Part shown: piece after piece, positions 9,194 to 18,903 of the stretch
How the letters are laid out: every line of letters begins with the position of its first letter
How positions within the stretch are numbered: the first letter of the stretch is position 1
IMG/VR virus record: IMGVR_UViG_3300035494_000066
DNA length: 64,000 nucleotides
Direction: 5' to 3' (one strand)
Source of the DNA: a virus
Lineage: Duplodnaviria; Heunggongvirae; Uroviricota; Caudoviricetes
Translations under genes and position numbers: made by a program
Notes under the pieces: model-generated
The model's input: only the letters and a program-made list of their open reading frames with translations
What the model was told of the DNA's origin: nothing
Database searches by the model: none

Positions 9194-10395
9194 TAAAATA
9201 TATCCTTAGGAATGCTCTTTGAATTCTTACCGCCTTGTCGACGTCGAGCATTTATATCGTCAAACGCGGTTATTAACGCTGACAACATTGACTGAAGAAC
9301 ACCTTTCTTCAGTTTAGCATTTATATTTCGGTATTCTTGCGGCTCATTTGTTTCAGCTTGATCGTTTAGTTCGCTAATAAAACGTCGAATAGCCATTATT
9401 AGCGTGTCTACTGTCATTGTACCGTAACCGTCGACGCTAACTTCGCTTTTCATTATATCTTCGTTGTCAAAGCTAATAATGTGCTCTAACAAATTGTTGA
9501 TTTTTACAGTATCGATCAACACCGGATACTTGGTCGAATTTTGCGGGCTATTGACTATCCCTTCGAGTTCAGAAACCGTTGACAGAATTTTGTCATCAGG
9601 CATATCGTCAAGGTTGTGGGCTAGCGACGACAGTACTGTTGCAAGTTTATCTTGCAACGAAACCGGGAGCGATTTTGCAGAATCTACAATAGCATCGATT
9701 CGATTGATTATATCTTCCGGAAGAGATGAGCAGCTTTCTTCTATCTCAGTGTGTTCGACTATTTTATTAGCTAGGAGTTCGTGCACGTCTTCGCTATATG
9801 CACCAAATAAATCTTTAATTAAAAGTGCTTGTTGTTTTGGATCTAGCTTTGGAAACATTGCCCGGATTTCAGTTGCGCTCTTCATTGGCTCGCCTAACAC
9901 TTTAAAGTTAAACGTAGGTACTGTAGTTATATAACCGTGCTTCGACAAAGGAGCCATAGTATTACTATCCGAGGGCATTGGCTGAAAATACGAAGGCGAC
10001 CCGTCCTTTTTGGGTTTAAAACTAAATCTAGGATCTTCGGCCATATCCTTTTTACTAACTGCAAAAATTACAGCCGTGCTATCCGGATCTACAGTTTGTG
10101 TTATTTCTTGAGCTTGGTACGGGTTCTTAACTTTAACAACTCTATTAACCGGTAACCCAGTTAATTTCATCATTTTTATTTTTTCGTCAAAGTTAAAAGG
10201 ACTTTTGGGGAGAGCAACTTTATCACTAGTTGCTATAAAAACGTTATCTGTGCCGTACTTGCTAACCAAGTGGTCAAATACAGCTTTATGGCCTTTGTGA
10301 AACGGCTGAAAGCGGCCAGGGTAAATTACTAGTAATTTATTAATCCCTGCCGCTGATTCAGTTTCGTTTTCGAAAGTATACGGAGTCATTTGCAT
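9193..10395 (-). CDS. Cytidyltransferase-like (HIGH) nucleotidyltransferase with C-terminal extension
   Basis: YPGRFQPFHKGH and SATEIR motifs. Confidence 0.75.
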   Translation of the reverse strand: MQMTPYTFENETESAAGINKLLVIYPGRFQPFHKGHKAVFDHLVSKYGTDNVFIATSDKVALPKSPFNFDEKIKMMKLTGLPVNRVVKVKNPYQAQEITQTVDPDSTAVIFAVSKKDMAEDPRFSFKPKKDGSPSYFQPMPSDSNTMAPLSKHGYITTVPTFNFKVLGEPMKSATEIRAMFPKLDPKQQALLIKDLFGAYSEDVHELLANKIVEHTEIEESCSSLPEDIINRIDAIVDSAKSLPVSLQDKLATVLSSLAHNLDDMPDDKILSTVSELEGIVNSPQNSTKYPVLIDTVKINNLLEHIISFDNEDIMKSEVSVDGYGTMTVDTLIMAIRRFISELNDQAETNEPQEYRNINAKLKKGVLQSMLSALITAFDDINARRRQGGKNSKSIPKDIF

Positions 10396-10440
10396 AATAA
10401 TATAAGAACCTTTTCTTATATTTATTACGCAGATCAGGTG

Positions 10441-10890
10441 TTAGTGATTTTCTAAAAACCACATGTATATCGGAGTCTCGAATTTAAAAACCCACCGGCC
10501 GTTGTGTCCCAGATTAATTACGCCAGGGCGTTCTGCAGGCTCGCTAGCCAATTCCTCAGGGTACTCTGGCAAATATACACAATGTAGCTGCATTACTTCA
10601 TCGAGTGGAACTCCGTCAATTGTAATGTTTTTCATGACTAGTAATACGTCATCGGTAATTTCGCCTGAGTCGTCGGTTTGTGTATAGCGCATTTCCATAC
10701 CCGACAGTAAAATTTCTAGTTCATGAGGGCCTTCGCTGATGCTAACATCGTTAAAAGTAAGTGTTTGTGCTCCGAATATTTCGGGAAACGTACCTAATAT
10801 GTTACCGTCTAACTTAACAGTAACATCTAGGTCTTGGGTTATATCCCATGTTTGAATTTCAAAGTCAATCTCAAAATCAATCTGCTCCAT
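10441..10890 (-). CDS. Acidic hypothetical protein
   Basis: Clean ORF coupled to the upstream gene. Confidence 0.6.
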   Translation of the reverse strand: MEQIDFEIDFEIQTWDITQDLDVTVKLDGNILGTFPEIFGAQTLTFNDVSISEGPHELEILLSGMEMRYTQTDDSGEITDDVLLVMKNITIDGVPLDEVMQLHCVYLPEYPEELASEPAERPGVINLGHNGRWVFKFETPIYMWFLENH

Positions 10891-11996
10891 TACGACACCT
10901 CTAAAATCTGATCCAGTACTTCGACTAGTTGCGCTTTTTTACTCGATAGTAATACTGCTTGGTTTTTTTCAAGTATTGGTCGCATGTAGTCGATATGTTT
11001 ATGCATTTGTTCGTTAGTTTTAGCGCATACAGTAAATATTTCGCTTAGTACGTCAAACATGCGATGTTCGTCATTTATAACCGAATCGTATAATTCGTCA
11101 ACATATCCGTCAAACGTACTATAACCTAGGTGATTTAAAAGGCCGACTTCGTTGTGAGTACCAGCAATAATAAAAGGTTGCATGTATGCAATAGCCCGGA
11201 ATACTTGGCTAGAGACCGAGGTAGTATCCTCGAGAGCTTCATCTTCTATAATAAACCTCCAATACGATTCTTTTGCTGCTGTTCCGTAATCTATGTCTTC
11301 GCAAAGTGGTAACTGGAGTTCGTATTGCGCCATTAGCAAATCGTTGTTACTGAAATATTCTTCCCATAGCAACGCCGGACTATTAACTTCAGTGTTGCAA
11401 AAATAGCCTTGCTTGTGTAAAGCTTGTTGCCACAGGCAAGCGCCAAACAATGTTGCTACTTGACTGTCTGAGTTAATGTCACAAGAAAACTTCTTAGATC
11501 GCGGAACTAAGTTGACCACTGTCGGGAGCTTTTCTTGCATTACTGCAATCTTAGTAGAAATCTCGTCTTCACAAAAGTACACGAACGGGTCAGTCGACGA
11601 CAACTTATAATTGTCGGTAATTACTTTAACTGAGCCAATTGGGAGCTTCCATTCTTCGTACCAATCGAAAATACTTTCAATCACGTCGCCGGTTATATCA
11701 GTACACCCTTTAAGGAATATAGCAATAATCAAGCGATGCTCGGATGCAGCTTCGATTACCCGGGCATCTAGGATATTCATTAAGTCAATTGACTGGTCGA
11801 ATTTCTCAAGTTGTATCGGATACACTACTACATGTTCTATATTGTCGATATTGTCTGTTGCAACAATATCATACTCAACACCTTCGTGCTGAAGATAGTC
11901 TAAAAAACGAAACTGGCTTGCGTGCACACTATCAAGTTGAGATAAGTTTGAAACAGGAATACCGTGCTCTATTTCGTCGAAAACAAATGTTATCAT
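10890..11996 (-). CDS. Putative glycosyltransferase-like protein
   Basis: C-terminal FRAIAYMQPFIIAG...LGYSTFDGYVDELYD...R resembles phage GT-like proteins; inference only. Confidence 0.45.
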   Translation of the reverse strand: MITFVFDEIEHGIPVSNLSQLDSVHASQFRFLDYLQHEGVEYDIVATDNIDNIEHVVVYPIQLEKFDQSIDLMNILDARVIEAASEHRLIIAIFLKGCTDITGDVIESIFDWYEEWKLPIGSVKVITDNYKLSSTDPFVYFCEDEISTKIAVMQEKLPTVVNLVPRSKKFSCDINSDSQVATLFGACLWQQALHKQGYFCNTEVNSPALLWEEYFSNNDLLMAQYELQLPLCEDIDYGTAAKESYWRFIIEDEALEDTTSVSSQVFRAIAYMQPFIIAGTHNEVGLLNHLGYSTFDGYVDELYDSVINDEHRMFDVLSEIFTVCAKTNEQMHKHIDYMRPILEKNQAVLLSSKKAQLVEVLDQILEVS

Positions 11997-12325
11997 GAGT
12001 TATACACTACTCGTCGGATTGTGCCTGCAGAAAAGTCTGTAATCTGGGCTCTTAAATATGTATAGCTTCCGCTATTATTAATGATACGATGGATGTCACT
12101 CGGCTGTGACAATTCAATAACAGTATCCTGTAGTTCAGCCCAATCGTCACTACTAGGATTTTGCGACAGCGTTCCTTGAATACACAATTTTCCAATAAAC
12201 GATTTTAAGTTAACTTCAAACGTGTGTAAGTTGTTTACGCCGACACAGTGCGTAGCAACTGCATCGCTGGTAATTGTGTCGCTGTCACTATACGTGGTGT
12301 GTGGTATTAAAATTGTTCGAAACAT
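11993..12325 (-). CDS. Hypothetical late protein
   Basis: TAAATA at 12342-12347 and GAGG SD upstream. Confidence 0.6.
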   Translation of the reverse strand: MFRTILIPHTTYSDSDTITSDAVATHCVGVNNLHTFEVNLKSFIGKLCIQGTLSQNPSSDDWAELQDTVIELSQPSDIHRIINNSGSYTYLRAQITDFSAGTIRRVVYNS

Positions 12326-12377
12326 GTGTTACCTCGTACAGTATTTAGTGCAGCGTCCTTGCTGCACACTAAGCGCG

Positions 12378-14651
12378 TTATATTACTTTAATCTCGTCGT
12401 CAATTGTTGCATACGCTTTCATTTTATCAACAACAAGACCTAGCTCAGATGCAGTAACAAACACCTTATCACCGGTTGATACACTACCGGAAATCATTAG
12501 CTTACTTAAAGGAACCTTCAGTTCAGAGTCAATAACTCGTGCTAGCGGTCTTGCTCCCATCTTCGGGTCGAACCCTTTGTCAATCAGGTATTGGATTGCG
12601 TCATCGCTAACAACAAGCTTGATCTTTTTATCGCTAAGTAGCACACGAACTTCGTTCATGAACTTGTTTACAATCTCAGTCATTGACTCTTTAGACAAGT
12701 AGTTAAACTTATGAATGCCGTCTAGACGGTTCCGGAACTCAGGCCTGAAGAACTTTTTAACAGCCTTGTCGTCTTCGCCTGATTTTTGCTGACTCCGACC
12801 AAAACCAATTGCATTCTGTTCGTTAGCAGCAGAGCCTAGGTTGCTTGTTAGCAAAATAATGCAATTACGACAGTCTGCTTTTTTACCATTGCTGCTTGAC
12901 ACAAATCCTTCGTCCATCATCTGTAGTAAAATGTTACTAACATCTGGGTGCGCTTTTTCAATTTCATCAAATAGAATGATAGCATTCGGGTTCTTTTCAA
13001 TGTCACGAACTAGCATGCCTCCACCTAGATTACCATCTTCATACCCAACGTAACCCGGAGGTGCACCGATTAAACGTGCAACAGTGTGTTTTTCCTGGAA
13101 CTCGCTCATATCGTAGCGCAGAAGCGGCATGCTTAGGTTAAAGCTTAGTTGCTTCGCTAGTTCCGTTTTACCAGTACCAGTTGGGCCTAGGAACAAGAAC
13201 GAACCGATTGGCTTATTAGACGATTTCAGTCCGGCTTTAGCAACGAAAATTCGATCAACAACACCATCAACTACATGATCCTGTCCGTAAACCTTTTCCT
13301 TGATATTTGCATCTAGCGTTGCTAGCGAAGTATCTTTCTTGTCGAGGTCAAGCTGGTCAATCGGGATTCGGGTAATACGACTAACTTCTTGAAGAACATC
13401 TTTTTTATTAACTGTGAAGTTTTTCTTACCTTCTTTCTTAAGACGAGCAGCTGCAGAGTCAACTAAGTCGATTGCCTTATCTGGTAGTTTTTTATCGGCC
13501 ATAAAGCGCACACTATAGTCTACTGCAGTTTCGATAGCAGTCTTAGCAATACGGCACTTGTGGAAGTCTTCAAATTTTGAGCTAAGTCCTACTAGGATTT
13601 TTTTAGCTAGCTCCGGAGTTGGTTCATCTACTGCAAGACGGTAAAATCGACGAGCAAGTGCCCGGTCCTTTTCAAATGACTGCCCGTACTCTTCCCATGT
13701 TGTGCTAGCAATAACTTTGATTTTTCCTTTGCCAATTGCAGGCTTAATCATATTCGAAAAGTCAACGTTACTTTCGCGGCCGGCGCCAGCTCCTTGGATC
13801 TGGTGCGCTTCGTCAATGAACAGAATACTGTTCTTCATGCACACAAGAGCGTCGATGATTTCAGTAACCTTTTCTTCGAATTCGCCGCGGTATTTACACC
13901 CTGCAACAACCGTACCAATATCTAGGCTATAAACAACATGGTCATCGAGGTACCTAGGCACATCGCCGGCTTCAATAGAGTTAGCTAGCCCTTCGGCAAT
14001 AGCCGTCTTGCCTACGCCGGGATCACCTACTAGTACAATGTTGTTTTTATTTCGTTTGCCAAACACTTGTACAATTTCGTCAATTTCCGACTCGCGGCCG
14101 ATTACTGGATCGATTTTTCCAGATTTTGCTAGCGCCGATAGGTTAACACAATACTTCTCTAGTAGCTGTTCTGCCTTCTCTGGGGAGTACTTTTCGTCAG
14201 CTGGCGGCTTAACTTCTACGTAATTTTCATTATAAAACGGGATGAACTCTTCGTACTCTAGGCCGTACTGGGAGAACACACGATGGGCATACGTCTTGTC
14301 TTCGCTGTAAATGCTTAGATAAAGATCTGCAGGCTGTGCGTAGTTGCGATTATGGAATAGTACTTGAGTAAACGCTCGATTGAAGACACGCTCTAGCCCA
14401 AAAGTGCGCTTAGGACTTTTACCTTCTGGCAATGCCGGGACATTTACGGATTGGAGATACTGGGTCATATCTTCAATCATCGATTCAGTGTCGCACCCGA
14501 ACTCATTTACAATCTTGGCAAAATTCTTGTACTCAAGGAGCGCAAGAGCTAGGTGGTCAACTGTTACATACTGATGGTTAAACTTCTCGCCGAGCTCGGC
14601 GGTATTCTTAATGATTACTTCTACTTCTGGGCTCGATGACAGCATTGTCAT
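12378..14651 (-). CDS. clpA: ClpA/ClpB-family AAA+ ATPase (Clp N domain plus two AAA modules)
   Basis: DPVIGRE, GDPGVGKT, FIDEAH, GPTGTGKT, RLIGAPPGYVGY, FRPEFRNRLD, MGARPL. Confidence 0.92.
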   Translation of the reverse strand: MTMLSSSPEVEVIIKNTAELGEKFNHQYVTVDHLALALLEYKNFAKIVNEFGCDTESMIEDMTQYLQSVNVPALPEGKSPKRTFGLERVFNRAFTQVLFHNRNYAQPADLYLSIYSEDKTYAHRVFSQYGLEYEEFIPFYNENYVEVKPPADEKYSPEKAEQLLEKYCVNLSALAKSGKIDPVIGRESEIDEIVQVFGKRNKNNIVLVGDPGVGKTAIAEGLANSIEAGDVPRYLDDHVVYSLDIGTVVAGCKYRGEFEEKVTEIIDALVCMKNSILFIDEAHQIQGAGAGRESNVDFSNMIKPAIGKGKIKVIASTTWEEYGQSFEKDRALARRFYRLAVDEPTPELAKKILVGLSSKFEDFHKCRIAKTAIETAVDYSVRFMADKKLPDKAIDLVDSAAARLKKEGKKNFTVNKKDVLQEVSRITRIPIDQLDLDKKDTSLATLDANIKEKVYGQDHVVDGVVDRIFVAKAGLKSSNKPIGSFLFLGPTGTGKTELAKQLSFNLSMPLLRYDMSEFQEKHTVARLIGAPPGYVGYEDGNLGGGMLVRDIEKNPNAIILFDEIEKAHPDVSNILLQMMDEGFVSSSNGKKADCRNCIILLTSNLGSAANEQNAIGFGRSQQKSGEDDKAVKKFFRPEFRNRLDGIHKFNYLSKESMTEIVNKFMNEVRVLLSDKKIKLVVSDDAIQYLIDKGFDPKMGARPLARVIDSELKVPLSKLMISGSVSTGDKVFVTASELGLVVDKMKAYATIDDEIKVI

Positions 14652-14662
14652 ATTAGTTCCTC

Positions 14663-14938
14663 TTAACGGTTGGGCAACGATGTTAAATTTTTAATTTCAG
14701 ATGCAGTATCTGTATCTACTTCACTGTACAATAGCATTAGTTCATTTCCTAGATAGTCGTAGTACTGTATTCCAAATTCAGTTATTAGTGGTTCAAACAT
14801 AACAATCCACTTTGACTTTATCTGGACCGCAACTAAAAGCTGTCCGGTTATGCTACATGTGGCGCTACCTAGCCGTCGGTGTGTGTTAACTAACTGCTGG
14901 ATTACGTCAACTGACTGCTGTTGTTTACTAAACGACAT
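14663..14938 (-). CDS. Hypothetical protein
   Basis: ORF between dnaJ-like and clpA. Confidence 0.55.
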   Translation of the reverse strand: MSFSKQQQSVDVIQQLVNTHRRLGSATCSITGQLLVAVQIKSKWIVMFEPLITEFGIQYYDYLGNELMLLYSEVDTDTASEIKNLTSLPNR

Positions 14939-14941
14939 TCA

Positions 14942-15613
14942 CTACCATGTTTGAATTAGATTACTAAGTTGTTGCTTTTGGATAGCTGTTAATCGTGGTT
15001 GAACAATACGAGCCACTACATACAATGTAACAGGCAAGTTGTGTGCTGTCAACTCTAGGGGTGTTTGGTCAGTGAGTTTAATAGATGTAACGCTTCCGTC
15101 TGGTAAGCGCACTGTTTGCATTGTTTCTAGTATAGCATCAAATGCTAGAACGTCAACCTCAGTTACTAGCGACGAGTTACCAGTAACCCGCCATTGCGTA
15201 TCGTTGTTGATATTAATTGTTACGTGTAAGTCTCCGGCTGGTAAGTTGTTGACTATTTTTCGGCCGGCGCCACTAATTACATAGTTCACGCTTTGTAAAG
15301 TACCCGGCGGCACAGTGATCTCAACAATGCGCTCGCTTGTGCTAATGTACTTTGTGCAGCCAAGAATGCCTTCGGTGATGTCTATACTAACAATCACCCG
15401 ACTATTAGGGTTACGGGTTAGCATACTTGCTGTGTCTCTGTTTATCTTTATATCATTGACAACATAGTCGTATGCTGCTTTTAGTTTAGTAAACTCATCC
15501 GCAGAGCCTTGCTTGTCCGGGTGGCACTTTTGAGCAAGTTGCCGGTAGCGATGTTTGATTTCTTTTAAAGGAGTACTTGGAGTCACTCCAAGTACTCGGT
15601 ACTGATTATTCAT
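14942..15613 (-). CDS. dnaJ: DnaJ/CbpA-like co-chaperone (J domain plus C-terminal domain, no Zn finger)
   Basis: YRVLGV...HPDK J domain; GDLHVTI C-terminal motif; ends TAG TGA. Confidence 0.85.
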   Translation of the reverse strand: MNNQYRVLGVTPSTPLKEIKHRYRQLAQKCHPDKQGSADEFTKLKAAYDYVVNDIKINRDTASMLTRNPNSRVIVSIDITEGILGCTKYISTSERIVEITVPPGTLQSVNYVISGAGRKIVNNLPAGDLHVTININNDTQWRVTGNSSLVTEVDVLAFDAILETMQTVRLPDGSVTSIKLTDQTPLELTAHNLPVTLYVVARIVQPRLTAIQKQQLSNLIQTW

Positions 15614-15909
15614 CGACGATTAATGTAAGCAGTCATCCCCATAAATGCACCAACAATACCAGCCATGGAAATGTAGAACAACCCTAGCGGGTCACCGATA
15701 GCTGTGATACGATCAGTAGTAAATACAGGAAGGAATAGTGCAATTGTAGCTGCAATGATTGCATATATTGCAGTCCACGCCATGCGTTTTTGTGCTTCTT
15801 GCTTTCCAAGATCTGACTTGAGCTTTTGATTTTCTTTATACAAATCGAATTCGGACTCTGACAGTTTCCCGTCGTCGTCTGCATCAAATTTTGACATTTC
15901 GTTATTCAT
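15610..15909 (-). CDS. Two-TM membrane protein with EF-hand-like N-terminus (holin candidate)
   Basis: DADDDGKLSESE then two hydrophobic helices; TAAATA at 15930-15935. Confidence 0.55.
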   Translation of the reverse strand: MNNEMSKFDADDDGKLSESEFDLYKENQKLKSDLGKQEAQKRMAWTAIYAIIAATIALFLPVFTTDRITAIGDPLGLFYISMAGIVGAFMGMTAYINRR

Positions 15910-16061
15910 TTGTATTGCTCCTTAATTAATATTTAGCGAGCAATAGGAAAAATCCCACACTTTGCAAATAGGTAGCGAATCTATCTGCTGGCAGTGGGCG
16001 CCTATACTTGGCTATAACAATAACGGTCCCAAGTATATGTTCTGTATGAAAGTAGTGCCGC

Positions 16062-16385
16062 TTAGCGGATGCCGCCGCGGCGCGCAGGAATTTCGGTCAT
16101 ATTGCGCTTAATTGTGCTAGCAGCTTCTCTGAGGACGTCAACTGCGTCTTGGTAATACTGGTTAATGTCGTCGTCTTCACCTAGAGCATTGCTGCTAGCA
16201 GCTTGTCGCATTGCTTCTACAAAGGTCATAACAGCATCGTCGATCTCGCTTTCGAAGTTAGCAACATCCCCTTCTAAGTCAAGCTCGGACTCTGTTACAG
16301 TGTCCGATACGTCGGGGTTGCTATAATCTGATTCGTGTGCAGACTCAGATAAAATCTGCATATATTTTTTAATATCTTCTTTCAT
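16062..16385 (-). CDS. Acidic hypothetical late protein
   Basis: MKEDIKKYMQILSES N-terminus; TAAATA at 16406-16411. Confidence 0.6.
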   Translation of the reverse strand: MKEDIKKYMQILSESAHESDYSNPDVSDTVTESELDLEGDVANFESEIDDAVMTFVEAMRQAASSNALGEDDDINQYYQDAVDVLREAASTIKRNMTEIPARRGGIR

Positions 16386-16408
16386 TTTAAAAGTTCCTTG
16401 TAAAGTAT

Positions 16409-16657
16409 TTAGTCTACGGGGTATGCAAACGAAGCTGCAATCCGAAAGGTTGAGTCGCTATTGTCGGGCTTAATTACAAGCATAGCACCGTCGACTGAAA
16501 CTACTTCGCCGACACATGGATAACTACCGCGATCGTAAATAACAAGATCACCGGCTTTAAATCTGGAATTTTTATTACTGTTTTTGTTAGACCGAGTTCT
16601 CATTTTTTCAAAAATAGTGCTAAAGTTAGAATCAGTAACAATTTTATTCGGTGGCAT
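16409..16657 (-). CDS. Small KOW/SH3-like protein (probable start MPPNK)
   Basis: FKAGDLVIY...GEVVSVDG; start overlaps the o-spanin stop. Confidence 0.5.
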   Translation of the reverse strand: MPPNKIVTDSNFSTIFEKMRTRSNKNSNKNSRFKAGDLVIYDRGSYPCVGEVVSVDGAMLVIKPDNSDSTFRIAASFAYPVD

Positions 16658-17009
16658 TATCAGGTCCTGATGTTGTAATTGCATTTTCGTAATATATGAT
16701 AATTTCTTTTTGTTGCTTGATATATTTATGCATTTCATTAACGTTTATACTTAGTGTCTCGTAGTCTTTTACCGATATAGCAACAAAAACAAATTCGTTG
16801 TTCTGTTTAAGGAACTTAGATTTAAACTCACTAAAGTTTTCTTCGGTTACTACGTAGAACTTAATCGGATTAAGAGCCAATGAATTTGGTCTCGCTACTA
16901 TTTGTATAGGAGCGTCGACAACATCAGTTGTTACTACTTGAGTCGGCGTCTGTGCGCAACCAGTTAGTAGTGCTATTGATAGTATTGATAGTATTGTTAG
17001 ACGCAGCAT
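16644..17009 (-). CDS. o-spanin (Rz1-like lipoprotein)
   Basis: Lipobox LTGC after a signal peptide; overlaps the 3' end of the i-spanin. Confidence 0.75.
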   Translation of the reverse strand: MLRLTILSILSIALLTGCAQTPTQVVTTDVVDAPIQIVARPNSLALNPIKFYVVTEENFSEFKSKFLKQNNEFVFVAISVKDYETLSINVNEMHKYIKQQKEIIIYYENAITTSGPDNATE

Positions 17010-17343
17010 TTATTCGAGTCTCTATTAGGCCGGGTTTTTCTAAAGCCAACTTAGTCAAGTTATGCTCACTAAACAGCCGACGAAGGTCATTTGTTGCAAC
17101 GGAGGTTTCTTGCATCCGTCTGTTTAAATCTAGTACCTGTGTTTGGTTTGCTTGCAACTGATTCTGAACCGATGACAGTGCAGCTCGAGTTTGCTTGTTA
17201 GCTAGTTGCGCCTCTGACAAGTCGGCTGCAAGCTGCTTGATTTGTGATTGCGAATAGTTAAAGTACCAAAGGCCTCCAGCAACTATCGTTCCTACAACTG
17301 CTACAATAACAGTAGCAATGATTAGTTTAATACGTAACGCCAT
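16924..17343 (-). CDS. i-spanin (Rz-like)
   Basis: N-terminal TM helix plus long coiled coil, directly after the endolysin. Confidence 0.75.
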   Translation of the reverse strand: MALRIKLIIATVIVAVVGTIVAGGLWYFNYSQSQIKQLAADLSEAQLANKQTRAALSSVQNQLQANQTQVLDLNRRMQETSVATNDLRRLFSEHNLTKLALEKPGLIETRINAASNNTINTINSTTNWLRTDADSSSNN

Positions 17344-17801
17344 TAACCTAGTCCTGCCTTGTAAACTGTTTTTCCGTTAACCGATTCGGCTGTTAAAACT
17401 TGGTTCCTGTTATTGTTGCTTGTGTAGCTCACGTGGACCCAACCGGCTGCTGGATCACTGTCGCTGTAAAATTCTAAGATCAGCTGGTCAAACTCTAAGT
17501 TCTCGCTAATCCACTTAGCAACATCTAGGTTAGATACACCGGGGATTTCGATATCGGCTGCTTCGCCAGAACAGTGCTGGCTTGTGTTCGAGCCGCCAAT
17601 GGCTTTATTTAATTGCTTACTACGATACCCCGAGTTGATTACTGTGATCCCGAAATGCTCGCGCACCGGTTGTAAGACGTGTTTAGCTAGCAGTATAGCA
17701 TTGTCTTTGTGTTCTCGAGGCATTGTGTTAGCTATGCCTAGACGAAGTGCAGTTTGACTCTTCGTAAACTCTGCTAGGGTAAAATTAGTTGACAGTTTCA
17801 T
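17343..17801 (-). CDS. Endolysin, peptidase M15A family (probable start MKLSTNF)
   Basis: NFTLAEF, INSGYRS...N..IGGSNTSQHCSGEAADI, WVHVS. Confidence 0.88.
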   Translation of the reverse strand: MKLSTNFTLAEFTKSQTALRLGIANTMPREHKDNAILLAKHVLQPVREHFGITVINSGYRSKQLNKAIGGSNTSQHCSGEAADIEIPGVSNLDVAKWISENLEFDQLILEFYSDSDPAAGWVHVSYTSNNNRNQVLTAESVNGKTVYKAGLG

Positions 17802-17805
17802 ATCG

Positions 17806-18417
17806 TTACCTGGACGTTCTGTAGTAATTAATAATCGGGTTATTGTGTAAATCAAACGATTTACTTTTTGTTTTATGTTGTGGTACATGTGCAATGTCTT
17901 TAAACTTATTTAAGTTTTCTTTAAATGTGTCATCAGCTAAATCATCAGCATCGTTAGTGTCGCTTCCAGCATCCACGTTATTTTCGACATCGTACTCGTC
18001 TGCAGTCAACGGCACTGTTGCTGTTATCACTCGGGTACTGCACGGAATCGCTTCGCCGCCTTTGTACGAAAATTCCCAGTTATCTATATTAGCTAAGTTC
18101 CTAACGCCGTATAAAATTGATTTCATATGGGCTGGAAATTCTGGTGTTCTTTCGAATTCAACAAACACTAAGTAGTCACCGTCGGATAACTCGCCGGCTG
18201 CTACATCAGCATCGAGTACAAAACTGTATCCTCGCTCGATAAAGTCTACCAAGTCTTTTGCAGGTAACATACCTGACACTTTAAAGCTAACAGTGATAAC
18301 ATCTCGGTCTTCGCCCATTTTACTGCTGTACTCGTCGATATGTATCTCGTTGCGCACTAACTTAGATAGATCGCCTTTTTGCAAGCCTTCAGTTAACATA
18401 TTATTGTTGGTTTTCAT
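17806..18417 (-). CDS. Conserved-type hypothetical phage protein
   Basis: IHIDEYSSKMGED...DLVDFIERGYSFVLDADV; clean ORF. Confidence 0.65.
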   Translation of the reverse strand: MKTNNNMLTEGLQKGDLSKLVRNEIHIDEYSSKMGEDRDVITVSFKVSGMLPAKDLVDFIERGYSFVLDADVAAGELSDGDYLVFVEFERTPEFPAHMKSILYGVRNLANIDNWEFSYKGGEAIPCSTRVITATVPLTADEYDVENNVDAGSDTNDADDLADDTFKENLNKFKDIAHVPQHKTKSKSFDLHNNPIINYYRTSR

Positions 18418-18874
18418 CGTCGAATTCCTGAGTCTCATCGTCTAAATTCTGTTCGTACGCAACATCCAGATCTTCAATATCGATTGTCTCGCCTTCGACT
18501 TCAATCGAACCTTGTTGGATATCATACATTAATTTCTTAGGCATAGATATTTCTACTGTCCAAATATCTATCTGTTGTTTTTTTCCTTTCTGAACTACAT
18601 CTAGTTTGTCTTTATTATAGTCACATGTGATACCGTACTGATCTAGCCTAGACACAACGTCCGGATCTGGCATTTTAGCGTAAGGCCACATTATTGTTAC
18701 GTTGACAAAATATTTCGAAAAGACTGGGCCAGCAATAATCTCGCCATGTTTCCAGTTATCGAACACATAGACATCAAGTTCATCTAGTACCCGCTCAAAG
18801 TCTAATAGATACTCGAGCATAGTGTCTGTCATATATATGTCTTTTGTGTTTTTAATTATTTGCTTAAGGTCCAT
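18401..18874 (-). CDS. Conserved-type hypothetical late protein
   Basis: LLDFERVLDELDVYVFDNW; TAAATA at 18895-18900. Confidence 0.65.
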   Translation of the reverse strand: MDLKQIIKNTKDIYMTDTMLEYLLDFERVLDELDVYVFDNWKHGEIIAGPVFSKYFVNVTIMWPYAKMPDPDVVSRLDQYGITCDYNKDKLDVVQKGKKQQIDIWTVEISMPKKLMYDIQQGSIEVEGETIDIEDLDVAYEQNLDDETQEFDDENQQ

Positions 18875-18903
18875 ATAATACTCTTTATTTACTGTATTTA
18901 GCG

